From Acidimicrobiia bacterium (GTDB lineage Bacteria > Actinomycetota > Acidimicrobiia > Spongiisociales > ZC4RG35): a DNA stretch of 64,000 nucleotides. This document shows, piece after piece, positions 18,816-28,499 of this stretch. The stretch is from positions 672,001 through 736,000 of the forward strand of contig CBDBCY010000004.1 in NCBI GenBank assembly GCA_965203555.1, given 5' to 3'. Position 1 is the stretch's first letter, and each line of letters begins with the position of its first letter. The translations under genes and the position numbers were made by a program. Below the pieces are notes generated by a model. It was not told the origin of the DNA. It did not search any database and saw only the letters and a program-made list of their open reading frames with translations.

Positions 18816-20564
18816 CTAAGCCGAGCTTCGCACGGACCGCAGGTGGGAAAGGAACCGGGTTCGGGACAGGGTGTTGAGCACGTCCTCGGGGGTCGCCCAG
18901 CCGCGGCGAGCGTTGGCCGCTCCGTAGGACATTCTTTTCAGTTCCGAAACATGGTGGGAGTCGGTGGAGATGACCAGCTTCACCCCCGCATCCACCGCCC
19001 GGCGGATCACCTCCGGGGAGGCGTCCAGACGATCCAGCGCACCGTTCACCTCCAACGCCACCCCCCGAGCCGCCATCTCTTCCAACACCGGCCCCAGTTC
19101 CAACTCGATGCCCGGACGCCGCCCCAGCATCCTGCCGGTCAGATGCCCGATGACCGAGACGGATGGATCGGCCACCGCCCGAAGGAGCCTGTCGGTCTGC
19201 TGTCGGGGGGTTAGGTCGTAGTGAGAATGGATGGAAGCCACGCACCAGTCAAAACCCAGACGAAAGTCGAGATCGTAATCCAGACTTCCGTCGGCGCCGA
19301 TGTTCAGTTCACACCCGAACAGCAACTCGATCTGCGGATGGCGTTTCCCCAGTTCCCTGATCTGTCTGCGGTGAGCACCCATCTGCTCCCGTGAGAGCCC
19401 GTTGATGGCCAGATCCTCTCCGTGGTCGGTGATGGCCACGTATTCCAGTCCGGCCCTGATCGCAGCCTGCACCATCTCGGCAGGCGAAGAGCGCCCGTCA
19501 CCTGATCGATCGGTGTGAAAGTGAAGATCTCCCCGGATCTCCCCAGCCGTCACCAACCGGGGAACCCGCCGTTCCAGGGCAGCTTCCACCTCCCCGGCAT
19601 CCTCTCGAATCTCCGGCGTAAGCCAGGTCATTCCCAGCGCCTCGTAGATTTGCTCCTCGGACTCCGAAGCCACCGGCCGGTCTTCCCCCTGGGGGAACAA
19701 TCCGTATTCGTTCAGCAACTGATCCTGGGCAATCGCCAACTGGCGAAGTCGCACATTGTGGGCCTTGGAACCGGTGAAGTACAGGACTGCTGCCCCAAAC
19801 TGGGAGGGAGCAACCACTCTCACATCCACTCCCAGCCCGCCTCTGGTAAGCACCGACGTCTTGGTCTTTCCCGAAAGAAGGGTCTCTTCAACCAGGGCAT
19901 GGGTCGACACCGACTTCATCACCTCAGCCCAGGCGGTGGGGTCCGCTGCCACCACCAGATCCACGTCAGCCACCGACTCTCGGAATCGGCGGGCGCTTCC
20001 GCAGATTTCCACCGCAGTCACACCTTCCAGCCGTCCGAGGTCATGGCGGAACGTCCTGGCGATCGGCAGAGCCCTGACCAGGGGAATACGCCGGTTCTTC
20101 CCCGCCAGACCCAGCCTTTCAACGGCCCGGGTTATCTTGGCCTCGCTGGTGGGGCCCAGGCCGGGCAGATCGCGAAGCTGCTGATGCCGCAGCGCCGACA
20201 GCAGATCGTCCAATGACTCCACTCCCAGTTCCCGCCGGATCATCTTTACCGTCTTGGGCCCCAGCCCCGGTATCCGAGTCAACTCCCGGAACGCGGGGGG
20301 GTATTTGGATCGCAGCCTCTCCAGCTTGGCCACCTGACCGGTGTCGGAGAATTCGACGATGGTGGAGGCAATGCTCTTGCCGATCCCCACAATCCCCAGG
20401 ATCTGCTTTACGTCCAATGCAGCCACCTCCCCTGTCTGGCTTTCCACTGCCCGCCGAGCCCGCTCGTAGGCCCGCACTTTGAAGGACTGTGGCGAACCCT
20501 CCTCCAGAGTGGCAAGTTCGATCAACTCGTCGAGCATTGCCAGTATCTGCCGGTTTGAGACCAT
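18816..20564 (-). CDS. polX: DNA polymerase X with PHP exonuclease domain
   Basis: HhH motifs, GSARR...DVD (intact DxD), YFTGSKAHN, PHP motifs HFHT, TDH, STDSH. Confidence 0.93.
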   Translation of the reverse strand: MVSNRQILAMLDELIELATLEEGSPQSFKVRAYERARRAVESQTGEVAALDVKQILGIVGIGKSIASTIVEFSDTGQVAKLERLRSKYPPAFRELTRIPGLGPKTVKMIRRELGVESLDDLLSALRHQQLRDLPGLGPTSEAKITRAVERLGLAGKNRRIPLVRALPIARTFRHDLGRLEGVTAVEICGSARRFRESVADVDLVVAADPTAWAEVMKSVSTHALVEETLLSGKTKTSVLTRGGLGVDVRVVAPSQFGAAVLYFTGSKAHNVRLRQLAIAQDQLLNEYGLFPQGEDRPVASESEEQIYEALGMTWLTPEIREDAGEVEAALERRVPRLVTAGEIRGDLHFHTDRSGDGRSSPAEMVQAAIRAGLEYVAITDHGEDLAINGLSREQMGAHRRQIRELGKRHPQIELLFGCELNIGADGSLDYDLDFRLGFDWCVASIHSHYDLTPRQQTDRLLRAVADPSVSVIGHLTGRMLGRRPGIELELGPVLEEMAARGVALEVNGALDRLDASPEVIRRAVDAGVKLVISTDSHHVSELKRMSYGAANARRGWATPEDVLNTLSRTRFLSHLRSVRSSA

Positions 20565-20655
20565 GAGGGAGAACCGTAACAGGGCCGACGATCACCGAAT
20601 CCTGCAAACGAAACCGGACTTTTCGGACCGCCTGAGCCCGATGGTCGCGGCGTTG

Positions 20656-21420
20656 CTACACCCAGATATTCATCGGGTACCCTATCGGGTCGATCTCACC
20701 GGCCCCCAGACATGTCGCCTTATCTCTGACAATACGACGGGCTGACCATGCAGCCGCCGCAGCGTCGAGCGCATCGTCGAGTACTGGAGCGGGCGGACCG
20801 GGTATTTCCGTAAACAGGGCAGCCTCGACAATGCTGGGAAAGTGTTCCTCCAATAGCTTCAGACGCTGGGCAACGCCGGCTTGGCGACTCTTGTGAAAGC
20901 GCATGGGCGCCCCGTGCATTTTCTGGAAGCTCAGTTCCGGATGCACTTCCGCAGCTTGAGGTCGAGCTTGGGAACTGAAGGCGGCCAAATTCGCCAGCGA
21001 TTCTCGTACATCCCGGATCTTTGGTAATAGGGCGTAACTCTGCCTGGTCAGCCCTTTGCCCATGTCCCGGACTGAGAGTTCCTGGGCTTCTTGGTAGGTG
21101 GTGGCGTCAAGAGCCCTCAAGGATGGAGCCGAAAACACGGAAGAGGTTCGATTAGGGGGTCCTTTCAAACATTCGCGAGCTTGCTGATCGGCGAGGCGAC
21201 CCGACTGGAGCGGCAATCCGATGGGAATGTCCACCCCGACAGCCAAAAGGCCCTCATCGCACGCATGGGTCCACAAGTCAGAAAACGACCCCCACACCGA
21301 AAACTCCACCTGGGATCTGGATGCCAGACTGGTGACAGCCATGATCCATGCACCCCCTCTCACCCCGTCCACGCCACCCACTCGGCCAGCAGGGCGATCT
21401 TTGGCTCGGTTAACAGTCAA
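20656..21420 (-). CDS. DUF429 predicted RNase H-like nuclease
   Basis: GVDG...W, VDIPIGL, SSVFSAP, EVHPELSF, DDALDAAAAAWSA. Confidence 0.82.
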   Translation of the reverse strand: MTVNRAKDRPAGRVGGVDGVRGGAWIMAVTSLASRSQVEFSVWGSFSDLWTHACDEGLLAVGVDIPIGLPLQSGRLADQQARECLKGPPNRTSSVFSAPSLRALDATTYQEAQELSVRDMGKGLTRQSYALLPKIRDVRESLANLAAFSSQARPQAAEVHPELSFQKMHGAPMRFHKSRQAGVAQRLKLLEEHFPSIVEAALFTEIPGPPAPVLDDALDAAAAAWSARRIVRDKATCLGAGEIDPIGYPMNIWV

Positions 21421-21435
21421 GACGACGATCCGTCG

Positions 21436-21567
21436 TTAAGCAGGCACAAGGGCACCGCATACACTGAGCACCACGCCGAGAATGGTCACCACTCCGATGA
21501 AAAGGACCCACCGGTGGATCTTCTTTATATAGTCGAATATTTCCTCGAGGCGGTCTTCGTCTAACAT
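21436..21567 (-). CDS. 43-aa single-TM small protein (below ORF-track cutoff)
   Basis: Purine-rich RBS GAAAGGGAAAGA, then MLDEDRLEEIFDYIKKIHRWVLFIGVVTILGVVLSVCGALVPA*; fills the ybaK-DUF429 gap. Confidence 0.65.
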   Translation of the reverse strand: MLDEDRLEEIFDYIKKIHRWVLFIGVVTILGVVLSVCGALVPA

Positions 21568-21609
21568 TCTTTCCCTTTCGGCGGGCTTTGACGCGACGCC
21601 AAGCGTAGG

Positions 21610-22101
21610 CTAACCGAGCGCGAGGGACGCGACTGTCGCCGCCAGAAGCGACACCAAATCGGATGGATTGATCTCGATCTGCAGTCCGCGCTTGCCGGCG
21701 CTCACCCAGATGGCCGGGTAGGTCAAGGCGGATTCGTCTACCAGCACCGGCATCTTTCGGCGCTGCCCGAACGGGCTGATCCCGCCCGGTACGTAACCGG
21801 TGAGGCGGGAAGCCTCCCTGGGAGAAGCCAAACTCACCCGCCGTGCGCCGACCGTCTTGGCCAGCTTCTTTTCGCTGAGCCGGGCATCTGCCGGCGCCAA
21901 GCCCACCATTGGTTGATCGTCGGCGAACACCACCAGGGTCTTGAACAGGCGCTTCGGCGAGACGCCCAGTTGTTCGGCCACCGCCCTCCCGTAGTCCTCC
22001 ACCGCCGCGAAATCCACCCGGTAGGAGTGCAGCCGGAAGGAAACCCCGGCCTTCTGAAGGAAAGTGATTGCCCGGGTGCCGCCTTTGCTTCTGGCGCTCA
22101 T
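21610..22101 (-). CDS. ybaK: YbaK/EbsC aminoacyl-tRNA deacylase
   Basis: LFKTLV, TGYVPGGISPFGQ, SAGKRGLQIE. Confidence 0.9.
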   Translation of the reverse strand: MSARSKGGTRAITFLQKAGVSFRLHSYRVDFAAVEDYGRAVAEQLGVSPKRLFKTLVVFADDQPMVGLAPADARLSEKKLAKTVGARRVSLASPREASRLTGYVPGGISPFGQRRKMPVLVDESALTYPAIWVSAGKRGLQIEINPSDLVSLLAATVASLALG

Positions 22102-22484
22102 TGTCCCTCAGGGTAGGGAATGAATTCAGCGCGGGCTTGCGCGTAGATCCTGACGTCATTCCACAACCACAGCCGGACAGGCATCTGCGTTCTCACCGAC
22201 ACCACCCTCGATTCCGGACGACGATCCACCGGACACTTGCACCATACCAGCCCGGCCCCGTTGGCCTCGGCCATCCGGCGGGCGGCCTCCCGGGGAGTCG
22301 AGGTCATGGTAAAGGTGGCCGTAGCGGCCGCCAGCGCCGCCGCGTCAGCGGCGGTCTGAGCACGGGTTCGGGCGGACAGGACAGCCGTGACGTCCAGCAG
22401 GGCCACCGCCATGACCAGGATCATTCCCACCACCACCGGCGCCAGAACCGAGATCGCCCCTCGCTCGCCTCTCTCCTGCATCAT
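22098..22484 (-). CDS. Tad pseudopilin (Rv3654c/TadG-like)
   Basis: ERGA prepilin site, TM, RAQTAADAAALAAA. Confidence 0.8.
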   Translation of the reverse strand: MMQERGERGAISVLAPVVVGMILVMAVALLDVTAVLSARTRAQTAADAAALAAATATFTMTSTPREAARRMAEANGAGLVWCKCPVDRRPESRVVSVRTQMPVRLWLWNDVRIYAQARAEFIPYPEGQ

Positions 22485-22490
22485 CAGGCC

Positions 22491-22856
22491 TCACCCTTCC
22501 CTTTGCATCACGGCCCGACTGTTGAGAACCAGGGAGAATCGGTCCAGAAGCGGTGTTACGGGACGATAACGCATCGAGACCTCCACCCGCACCGCAGCAC
22601 CTACCACCGAGGCTGCGGTGACCTCGATCCGAACCTTGTCCGTCAACCCGGGCGAAAGAGCGCCGCGCACTGCCTGGGCCGCCCGGGCGGGATCGGGATG
22701 GGTGGCCGCCACCCGAGCGCCTTCTCGGGCAGCGGCCTCCATTTCGAGACGGGTTACAGCTATGAGGAACAATTCGGCCACCGCCACCAGCACCAACAGG
22801 ATGATGGGAAGCACCAGCACCGCCTCCACCGCCAGGGAACCCTTCTCGTCACGCAT
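22491..22856 (-). CDS. tadE: TadE-like pseudopilin
   Basis: EKGSLAVEAVLVLP...AAAREGARVAA. Confidence 0.85.
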   Translation of the reverse strand: MRDEKGSLAVEAVLVLPIILLVLVAVAELFLIAVTRLEMEAAAREGARVAATHPDPARAAQAVRGALSPGLTDKVRIEVTAASVVGAAVRVEVSMRYRPVTPLLDRFSLVLNSRAVMQREG

Positions 22857-22870
22857 CCATCTGCCCGGTT

Positions 22871-23083
22871 CTAGAACCCGAAGCCGATCTTGCCCTTGAC
22901 GAAGTCAAGCGCCTTGCGGAAAATGGATTCCAACAGATTGTCGCCCGAACCCTTCCTTATCCATTGCACCAACACGGTGGCCACCGCCACAACCGCCAGA
23001 ACCACCAGGATGTACTCCACGGTGCCCTGACCCCGCTGATCGCGGTCGAACCAGATCATCATCCTCGTCCACAGAGCCGTCAT
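22871..23083 (-). CDS. Flp-type major pilin (DUF4244-like)
   Basis: SD AAAGGAGG; DQRG/QGTVEY cleavage motif plus hydrophobic helix. Confidence 0.85.
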   Translation of the reverse strand: MTALWTRMMIWFDRDQRGQGTVEYILVVLAVVAVATVLVQWIRKGSGDNLLESIFRKALDFVKGKIGFGF

Positions 23084-23145
23084 TTGTCCAGACCTCCTTT
23101 GGTCTTTGTTCCCGGCGTCCGGCCGGGGCGGGGGGAAGGGGGATT

Positions 23146-23751
23146 TCATGGGCCTGCCAGCCCGGTCAGCATTTCGGCCACCCGGGAGACCACCGGGGGC
23201 CCCACCAGGACCAGCAGGAACCCGGGGACGATCAGCAGGGTGAGAGGAACCGCCAGAGTCACCGGCAGGGAGCGAATGCGGGAGAGAGCTTCCATCCGGG
23301 TCTGGTAGTGCAGGTTGTCCACATGGGTGGTCACCGCTCGCACCAGTGAACTTCCCGATGCTTGGGCGCCTGCCATCCTTCCGAACAATTCTCCCAGATG
23401 GCCGCCGCTGGACGCCAGTGCCCGGGCCAGACCGAACTGCCTGCTTTGTCGCAGCGTCTGTGAAACTTCCATCCGAAGTCGAGGGTGAGCTTCCCGGGCA
23501 GCCATCATCAGGGAATTGGCCAGAGACAGTCCTCCGGTGAGCGGAACCACCAGCAACCGGCCGAAGCGGATGACGTCGGCCACGTCGACCGGTCGCCGCC
23601 GGGTACGCACCCGGTGCACCAACCACCAGGCCATCGCCCCCGACAACGCCAACCACCACCAACGGAACGGCAAGGCCGCCGCCCCCAACAGAGCCCAATG
23701 GCCCCGGGCGCCGACCCCGATCGAGGTGATGCTCCTAGCGCCGGTTTTCAC
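23146..23751 (-). CDS. tadC: TadC-like type II secretion F-family protein
   Basis: T2SSF pattern ending LAVPLTLLIVPGFLLV. Confidence 0.8.
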   Translation of the reverse strand: MKTGARSITSIGVGARGHWALLGAAALPFRWWWLALSGAMAWWLVHRVRTRRRPVDVADVIRFGRLLVVPLTGGLSLANSLMMAAREAHPRLRMEVSQTLRQSRQFGLARALASSGGHLGELFGRMAGAQASGSSLVRAVTTHVDNLHYQTRMEALSRIRSLPVTLAVPLTLLIVPGFLLVLVGPPVVSRVAEMLTGLAGP

Positions 23752-24431
23752 GGCGTAGCTCTCTTTATCAGGATCAACATCACGGCTATCCCCAGACCCA
23801 GAAGCGTTATCCCCGATAGGGTCAAGAAGGCGGAGACGGGGCTGGCGGACATGCTTCGCGCCAAGTCGCCACTGAGGATCCGATAGACGATGACCAACAC
23901 CGGGATCCCCACCACCACCACTGCCGAGGTCCTTGCCTGAGCGGTGGCTGCCCTGCGTTCCTGCCGAAGCTCGTCCTCCTCCAACGCCAGTGCGGCGGCT
24001 GCATCGAAGACCTCCGCCACCCGCCCTCCGGTCCGATCCGCCACGCGCAGCGCCGCCGCTGTCAAGGCGCCGTGGACCGGCATGGCCTCGGACAAAGCGT
24101 CCGAGATCCGATCCAAGGAGGCGCCGGACGCCACCAGCCGCCGGACCGAACGGAAGTTGAGGCGGGTTGATCGCTGACCGGCCTCGGCTATGGCGGCGCG
24201 AACGCCCTGGCCGGCCCGAAGTTCACCAGCGACCCCCAGCAACACGTGCGCCTCCTCCGAGCATCCGCCCCTTTGGTTGCGGACCCGGCGAGCATCGACC
24301 AACACCAATCCCAGCAGCAGCACCGCCACCAGCCAGGGCTGCCACAACGTGGCGGCCACCAAGGCGGCGAGACGCCAGTCCATACCGGCTGTCAACGCCC
24401 ATCCCACCAGCAGCGGCGCAAGAGCGTTCAA
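23748..24431 (-). CDS. tadB: TadB-like type II secretion F-family protein
   Basis: ELRAG, RTGG, ERRAATAQARTSA plus TM helices. Confidence 0.8.
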   Translation of the reverse strand: MNALAPLLVGWALTAGMDWRLAALVAATLWQPWLVAVLLLGLVLVDARRVRNQRGGCSEEAHVLLGVAGELRAGQGVRAAIAEAGQRSTRLNFRSVRRLVASGASLDRISDALSEAMPVHGALTAAALRVADRTGGRVAEVFDAAAALALEEDELRQERRAATAQARTSAVVVVGIPVLVIVYRILSGDLARSMSASPVSAFLTLSGITLLGLGIAVMLILIKRATP

Positions 24432-25468
24432 TGTTTATCCCGATTGTGTTGGATGGTCGTCACCCGGCGACGGCCATCAGTTCTTTCCACCTGTATCACC
24501 ACGTCGATGGCGGAGCGAATCTGGGCGCGGATCGCTTCGGCTGCAAGGTTGCGGGATCCCATCAGCGCCAGGGTTTCCAGCCGCCACACGGCTTCGGCGG
24601 GGCTGTTGGCGTGCAGGGTGGACATGGACCCCGAATGTCCGGTGTTGAGAGCGTTGACCAGATCGAGCGCCTCGGGACCCCGCACCTCTCCCACCACTAT
24701 CCGGTCGGGTCGAAGACGAAGGGCGGAGCGAATCAACTGCTGGAGGCTGATCGCCCCGACTCCCTCGGAATTGGCGGGACGACCTTCCAGTCGCACCACG
24801 TGACCCCGCAATCGAAGTTCCGAAGCGTCCTCCACCACCACCACCCGTTCGGTGTCATCGATCAGGCCCGACAGGACATTGAGCAAAGTGGTCTTACCGG
24901 CGCCGGTTCCACCGGATACCAACAGGTTCCTGCGCTCCCTGACGATCGAGCGGAGTTCATCGGCCTGGTCGGGCGTGACCGACCCCAGTTTCACCAGGGC
25001 CTCCAGGTCCTGGGCCTGGGGCACGAACCGGCGCACCGCCACTATCGGGTGATCTACCGCCGCCGGCGGAATTATGGCGTGAATCCGGCTGCCGTCGGCC
25101 AGACGGGCGTCCACCATCGGAGAAGCCCGATCTATGCGCAGACCCAGCGGAGCTATCACTCTCTCCACGGCCGCGGTGACGGCCTGATCGGTTCCGAATG
25201 AGATGTCTGTCTTCTGCAGTCGTCCAGCCCTTTCCACCCAGACTTCGTTGGGAGAGTTGACCAGCACATCGGTGACATCGGGTTCACGCAGCAACTCCTC
25301 CAGCGGCCCCAATCCGATCAGCGAATCCACCACCTGCTTTACGATGCCGGGTGGCGCCAGCGGGGCTTCGGTCGCCACCATCCTTCGGACGTGTTGGGTC
25401 AGACTGGCCCGGTCGGTGGGGAAATCGGACAGCAGGACCGTGTCTACCAGCCGGTCGATCAGAGCCAT
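24428..25468 (-). CDS. tadA: TadA/CpaF pilus assembly ATPase
   Basis: GLGPLEELL, VDARLADGSR, GGTGAGKTT, LRLRPDRIVVGEVRG, NTGHSGSMSTLHAN. Confidence 0.93.
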   Translation of the reverse strand: MALIDRLVDTVLLSDFPTDRASLTQHVRRMVATEAPLAPPGIVKQVVDSLIGLGPLEELLREPDVTDVLVNSPNEVWVERAGRLQKTDISFGTDQAVTAAVERVIAPLGLRIDRASPMVDARLADGSRIHAIIPPAAVDHPIVAVRRFVPQAQDLEALVKLGSVTPDQADELRSIVRERRNLLVSGGTGAGKTTLLNVLSGLIDDTERVVVVEDASELRLRGHVVRLEGRPANSEGVGAISLQQLIRSALRLRPDRIVVGEVRGPEALDLVNALNTGHSGSMSTLHANSPAEAVWRLETLALMGSRNLAAEAIRAQIRSAIDVVIQVERTDGRRRVTTIQHNRDKH

Positions 25469-26058
25469 GACACGCTCCACGCTTTCTCCCACGCCCGGGT
25501 CCACCGCCGGGGAGGAAAATTCATCCCCGAAAGCATGTGATGGATGTGGGATCTGCCCAAGGGAGGCAGGAGAATCCCCCGGACCCGGGGCGTCGGACCG
25601 TGAGAAGTCGCCTGATAGACCGCCGGGCTGGTCACGGAAGGATAAAGAAAGCCGGGCAGGAGTGGAACAACCGGTACTACCGGCGTCTCCCCCACACTGG
25701 TGGGGAGGTCGAAAGAGGAACCCAGGCGGAACACCACCGCCGGCCAACCCGCCACCAAGGCCTCCACGACCTCGGCAGTCTCCAAGACGCTCACCGACCC
25801 GTTGGGAAGCACCGCCACACCCGCTCGGCGGGGACGCAAATCAGCCAGCCTGGGTTGGGAGTCCACCAGCTTGGCCAGAGATGTCGATCCCGGATAGGTG
25901 GTGGCTTCCTGGTCGAGATCCACCACCAGCGCCGTTCCCCGGGCAGCGGCCAGGCCGAGAGGCGCCAGCGCATGCAACACCGGATCCATGCCGCATCGCA
26001 CCGCCAGCACCCGATGACGCCACACTCTGGAAGAACTGCGATTGAATAACACTGTCAT
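25459..26058 (-). CDS. Degenerate Ssd/CpaE (MinD-like) protein; start uncertain
   Basis: ALVVDLD motif and position directly upstream of tadA; no Walker A visible. Confidence 0.55.
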   Translation of the reverse strand: MTVLFNRSSSRVWRHRVLAVRCGMDPVLHALAPLGLAAARGTALVVDLDQEATTYPGSTSLAKLVDSQPRLADLRPRRAGVAVLPNGSVSVLETAEVVEALVAGWPAVVFRLGSSFDLPTSVGETPVVPVVPLLPGFLYPSVTSPAVYQATSHGPTPRVRGILLPPLGRSHIHHMLSGMNFPPRRWTRAWEKAWSVSWL

Positions 26059-26137
26059 ACACTGTTATCTATCGCAAAGGGGAGAGGCTACCTGCAGACG
26101 GGAGTTTCTTTCGCGGACTTCCCCCCGGCCGTGTGGA

Positions 26138-26608
26138 CTAGGTGAGCTGGGAAACCGCCCGGACCGAGCCGCCGGCGCTCATTATTTCCCGGATAGGATC
26201 CATCAACACCTCGGCGGTGGCCGAAAGCAAAGTAGCCAGCGTCGAACGACTTATCAGAATCGGGAGGGTGACGGAGACCAGGGTGGAGCGGTCCAGGCTT
26301 CCCACCACCCAACTGTCATCCACCACCTTCACCGCTTCGGAGACCGGGCGGACGGAGACCACCGCATCGACTCCTTCCCGCAAGACTTCCCCCATCGAAT
26401 GGAACACCTGTAGCGCCCCCGGCGATTTACCGGGATCGGATGAGAACGCCACCGCCCGCACCCCCGCCGGCGCCTCCTTCATGCTCTGGCGGACTGCACG
26501 GGCGTCGATCATTACCGTACCCTGCCGCAGCGACACCAGGGGAGGGAAGAACACCATCAACCCCTCAAAGGAGCGCAGACCGGAGGAAGGCGGCAGGATT
26601 GGGGACAT
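26138..26608 (-). CDS. Degenerate IspD-like protein (C-terminal half recognisable)
   Basis: AVVSVRPVSEAVKVVD...VGSLDRSTLVSVTLP resembles IspD PVxDTxK...TxDRxxL...QTP. Confidence 0.55.
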   Translation of the reverse strand: MSPILPPSSGLRSFEGLMVFFPPLVSLRQGTVMIDARAVRQSMKEAPAGVRAVAFSSDPGKSPGALQVFHSMGEVLREGVDAVVSVRPVSEAVKVVDDSWVVGSLDRSTLVSVTLPILISRSTLATLLSATAEVLMDPIREIMSAGGSVRAVSQLT

Positions 26609-26653
26609 GGTCACCTCGGCGCGGCTTGAGTCATCTACCCTACCTATGGGCTG

Positions 26654-27352
26654 ATGAAAAACCACGGAGGTCGGGCGGCAGGAATACTACTGGCAGGAGG
26701 GAAAGGGTCCCGCGCCCGATTCTCGGGCAACAAGGCCTACATCGACGTTGTCGGCGCCCCTATGATCAGCCACTCGCTCAGAACCTTGGATCGCTCCCCG
26801 TGGGTGGTCGAACTGGTGCTGGTTATCAGACCCCAGGATCGGCAGTTGGCCGAGAAGGTGGTTGAGCAATCGGGGATCAGCACGCCGTGGAAAATGGTGA
26901 GCGGGGGCGCGTCTCGCCATCGTAGCGAATTCCGTGGATTGGAGGCCCTGTCCGACCGGATCCGCAACGGGGGACTCGATCTGGTGGCTATTCATGACGG
27001 CGCCCGACCCTTCTTGAGTGAAAGCCTGCTGGAGGAATTGTTCCGGCTTGCGAATCGTCATGGCGGCGCGGTACCCACCATGACGATGGAAAGCCCTGCC
27101 TTCGGCGTGTCTGAGCGAGGTGACCTGATGGGCCTGACAGGTGACCGGCTGCATCGGGCGCAGACCCCCCAGGTTTTTTGGGCATCGGAACTATTGGCCG
27201 CCTATCACCTCGCCCGGGAAGCGGGATTCGAGGGGGTGGACACCGCCGAGACAGTGGAACGGTTCTCAGATTTGAAGATGAGGGCAGTGCCCGGCGATCC
27301 TGCCAATCTCAAACTCACCTTCCCCGAGGATTTTCAGGCACAGAACATTTAA
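26654..27352 (+). CDS. ispD: IspD/TarI-family cytidylyltransferase
   Basis: LAGGKGSR...NK, GGASRHxS, IHDGARPF, AQTPQVF, NLKLTFPED. Confidence 0.88.
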   Translation: MKNHGGRAAGILLAGGKGSRARFSGNKAYIDVVGAPMISHSLRTLDRSPWVVELVLVIRPQDRQLAEKVVEQSGISTPWKMVSGGASRHRSEFRGLEALSDRIRNGGLDLVAIHDGARPFLSESLLEELFRLANRHGGAVPTMTMESPAFGVSERGDLMGLTGDRLHRAQTPQVFWASELLAAYHLAREAGFEGVDTAETVERFSDLKMRAVPGDPANLKLTFPEDFQAQNI

Positions 27353-27416
27353 GTGCCGCTGCAGCCATCCTCCTTCGGCTTTGTCTCACAGTCGGTGCGC
27401 CGCCGGGGATCGGATC

Positions 27417-27917
27417 TCAGTGACCGCCCCGTTTGACGCCGCCGTACTTCATCCGGGTGTCGCTCATGGCCGCGGCCCGGATGGTGTCGTCGCGGATACC
27501 CGCATCCACCACCTCTCCTATGAACAGAGTGTGCGTTCCCATATCCCAGGCGTATCGAACCTGGCAGTCCATGTAGGCGATGGCGTCCTCGAAGACGGGC
27601 GCTCCGGTCTTTCCGATCCTTACCGGGCGGTCATTGAGGGTCATACCTCTCCGTACGGCCGGTTTCGAGAATTTTACGAACACCCGCTTGTCGGCTGGAT
27701 CCCACAAGTTGACCGTGAAACTCCCTCCTGCACTGATCAGCCGATGGGTTACCGCGCTGTTGTCGACCCCGATACCGATCAGAACCGGTTCCATGGACAG
27801 TTGGGTGATCCAGGAGGTGGTCATTCCGTTCCAGGTCTCACCCGAGGCGGATCCCACCAGAGCCAGTGCATTGGGAATCTTCCAAGTGACCTTGTTTAGC
27901 AGTTGGTTTGAAAGCAT
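27417..27917 (-). CDS. Flavin reductase-like FMN-binding protein
   Basis: NGMTTSWITQLSMEP, GAPV...CQV...GTHTLFIGEV. Confidence 0.87.
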   Translation of the reverse strand: MLSNQLLNKVTWKIPNALALVGSASGETWNGMTTSWITQLSMEPVLIGIGVDNSAVTHRLISAGGSFTVNLWDPADKRVFVKFSKPAVRRGMTLNDRPVRIGKTGAPVFEDAIAYMDCQVRYAWDMGTHTLFIGEVVDAGIRDDTIRAAAMSDTRMKYGGVKRGGH

Positions 27918-27937
27918 GTGTTGTATTCTGGCAGACT

Positions 27938-28423
27938 GTGCGGGTTTTGGTTTGCACTTCGGGTGTGCTTCAGGCACCGCCGGTCATCGATATTTGTGCT
28001 TCACTGGTGGGCGAAAGAGGAAAAGTTGTGATCCTCACGGTGGTCCAGGTACCCCGATCCCTGCTCAGCAAGTTCCGGCGCAAGCCACGCTCCTTCCTTT
28101 TCGAAACCCCCGAGGAGAATCCCCACCACGCCTCGGCTGAAGAGGAAGACTACATCCGCGAGCGTGGAGAGCGGGCGGTAGCCACCCTGGCAAGCGGTTT
28201 CCGGGCGGCGGGGATCGACCCGGAACTGTCCTATGTGGCCGGCCACGACTTGGCGGGGGCGATCGTTGCCCAAGCCGAGAAGATGCATGCCGACCTCATC
28301 GTCATGGGCGCCACCCGCCAGTTCTTCGAACCCGACGTGTGGTCGTCGGTGACCGCCCGGGTCAGCCGAATCTGCGAACGTCCCCTGCTGCTGATGCCCA
28401 CCAAAGGCCGCAATCCACCTTAA
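27938..28423 (+). CDS. Universal stress protein
   Basis: RVLVCTSG start, AIVAQAEKMHADLIVMGA, SSVTARV...PLLL. Confidence 0.8.
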   Translation: MRVLVCTSGVLQAPPVIDICASLVGERGKVVILTVVQVPRSLLSKFRRKPRSFLFETPEENPHHASAEEEDYIRERGERAVATLASGFRAAGIDPELSYVAGHDLAGAIVAQAEKMHADLIVMGATRQFFEPDVWSSVTARVSRICERPLLLMPTKGRNPP

Positions 28424-28499
28424 GACATTCTCGGCCCCGACGTCGACCGGGGACAACACCTGCCAAAGCCCAAAGGTCAGGGGCACCGCTGCGACCGCC

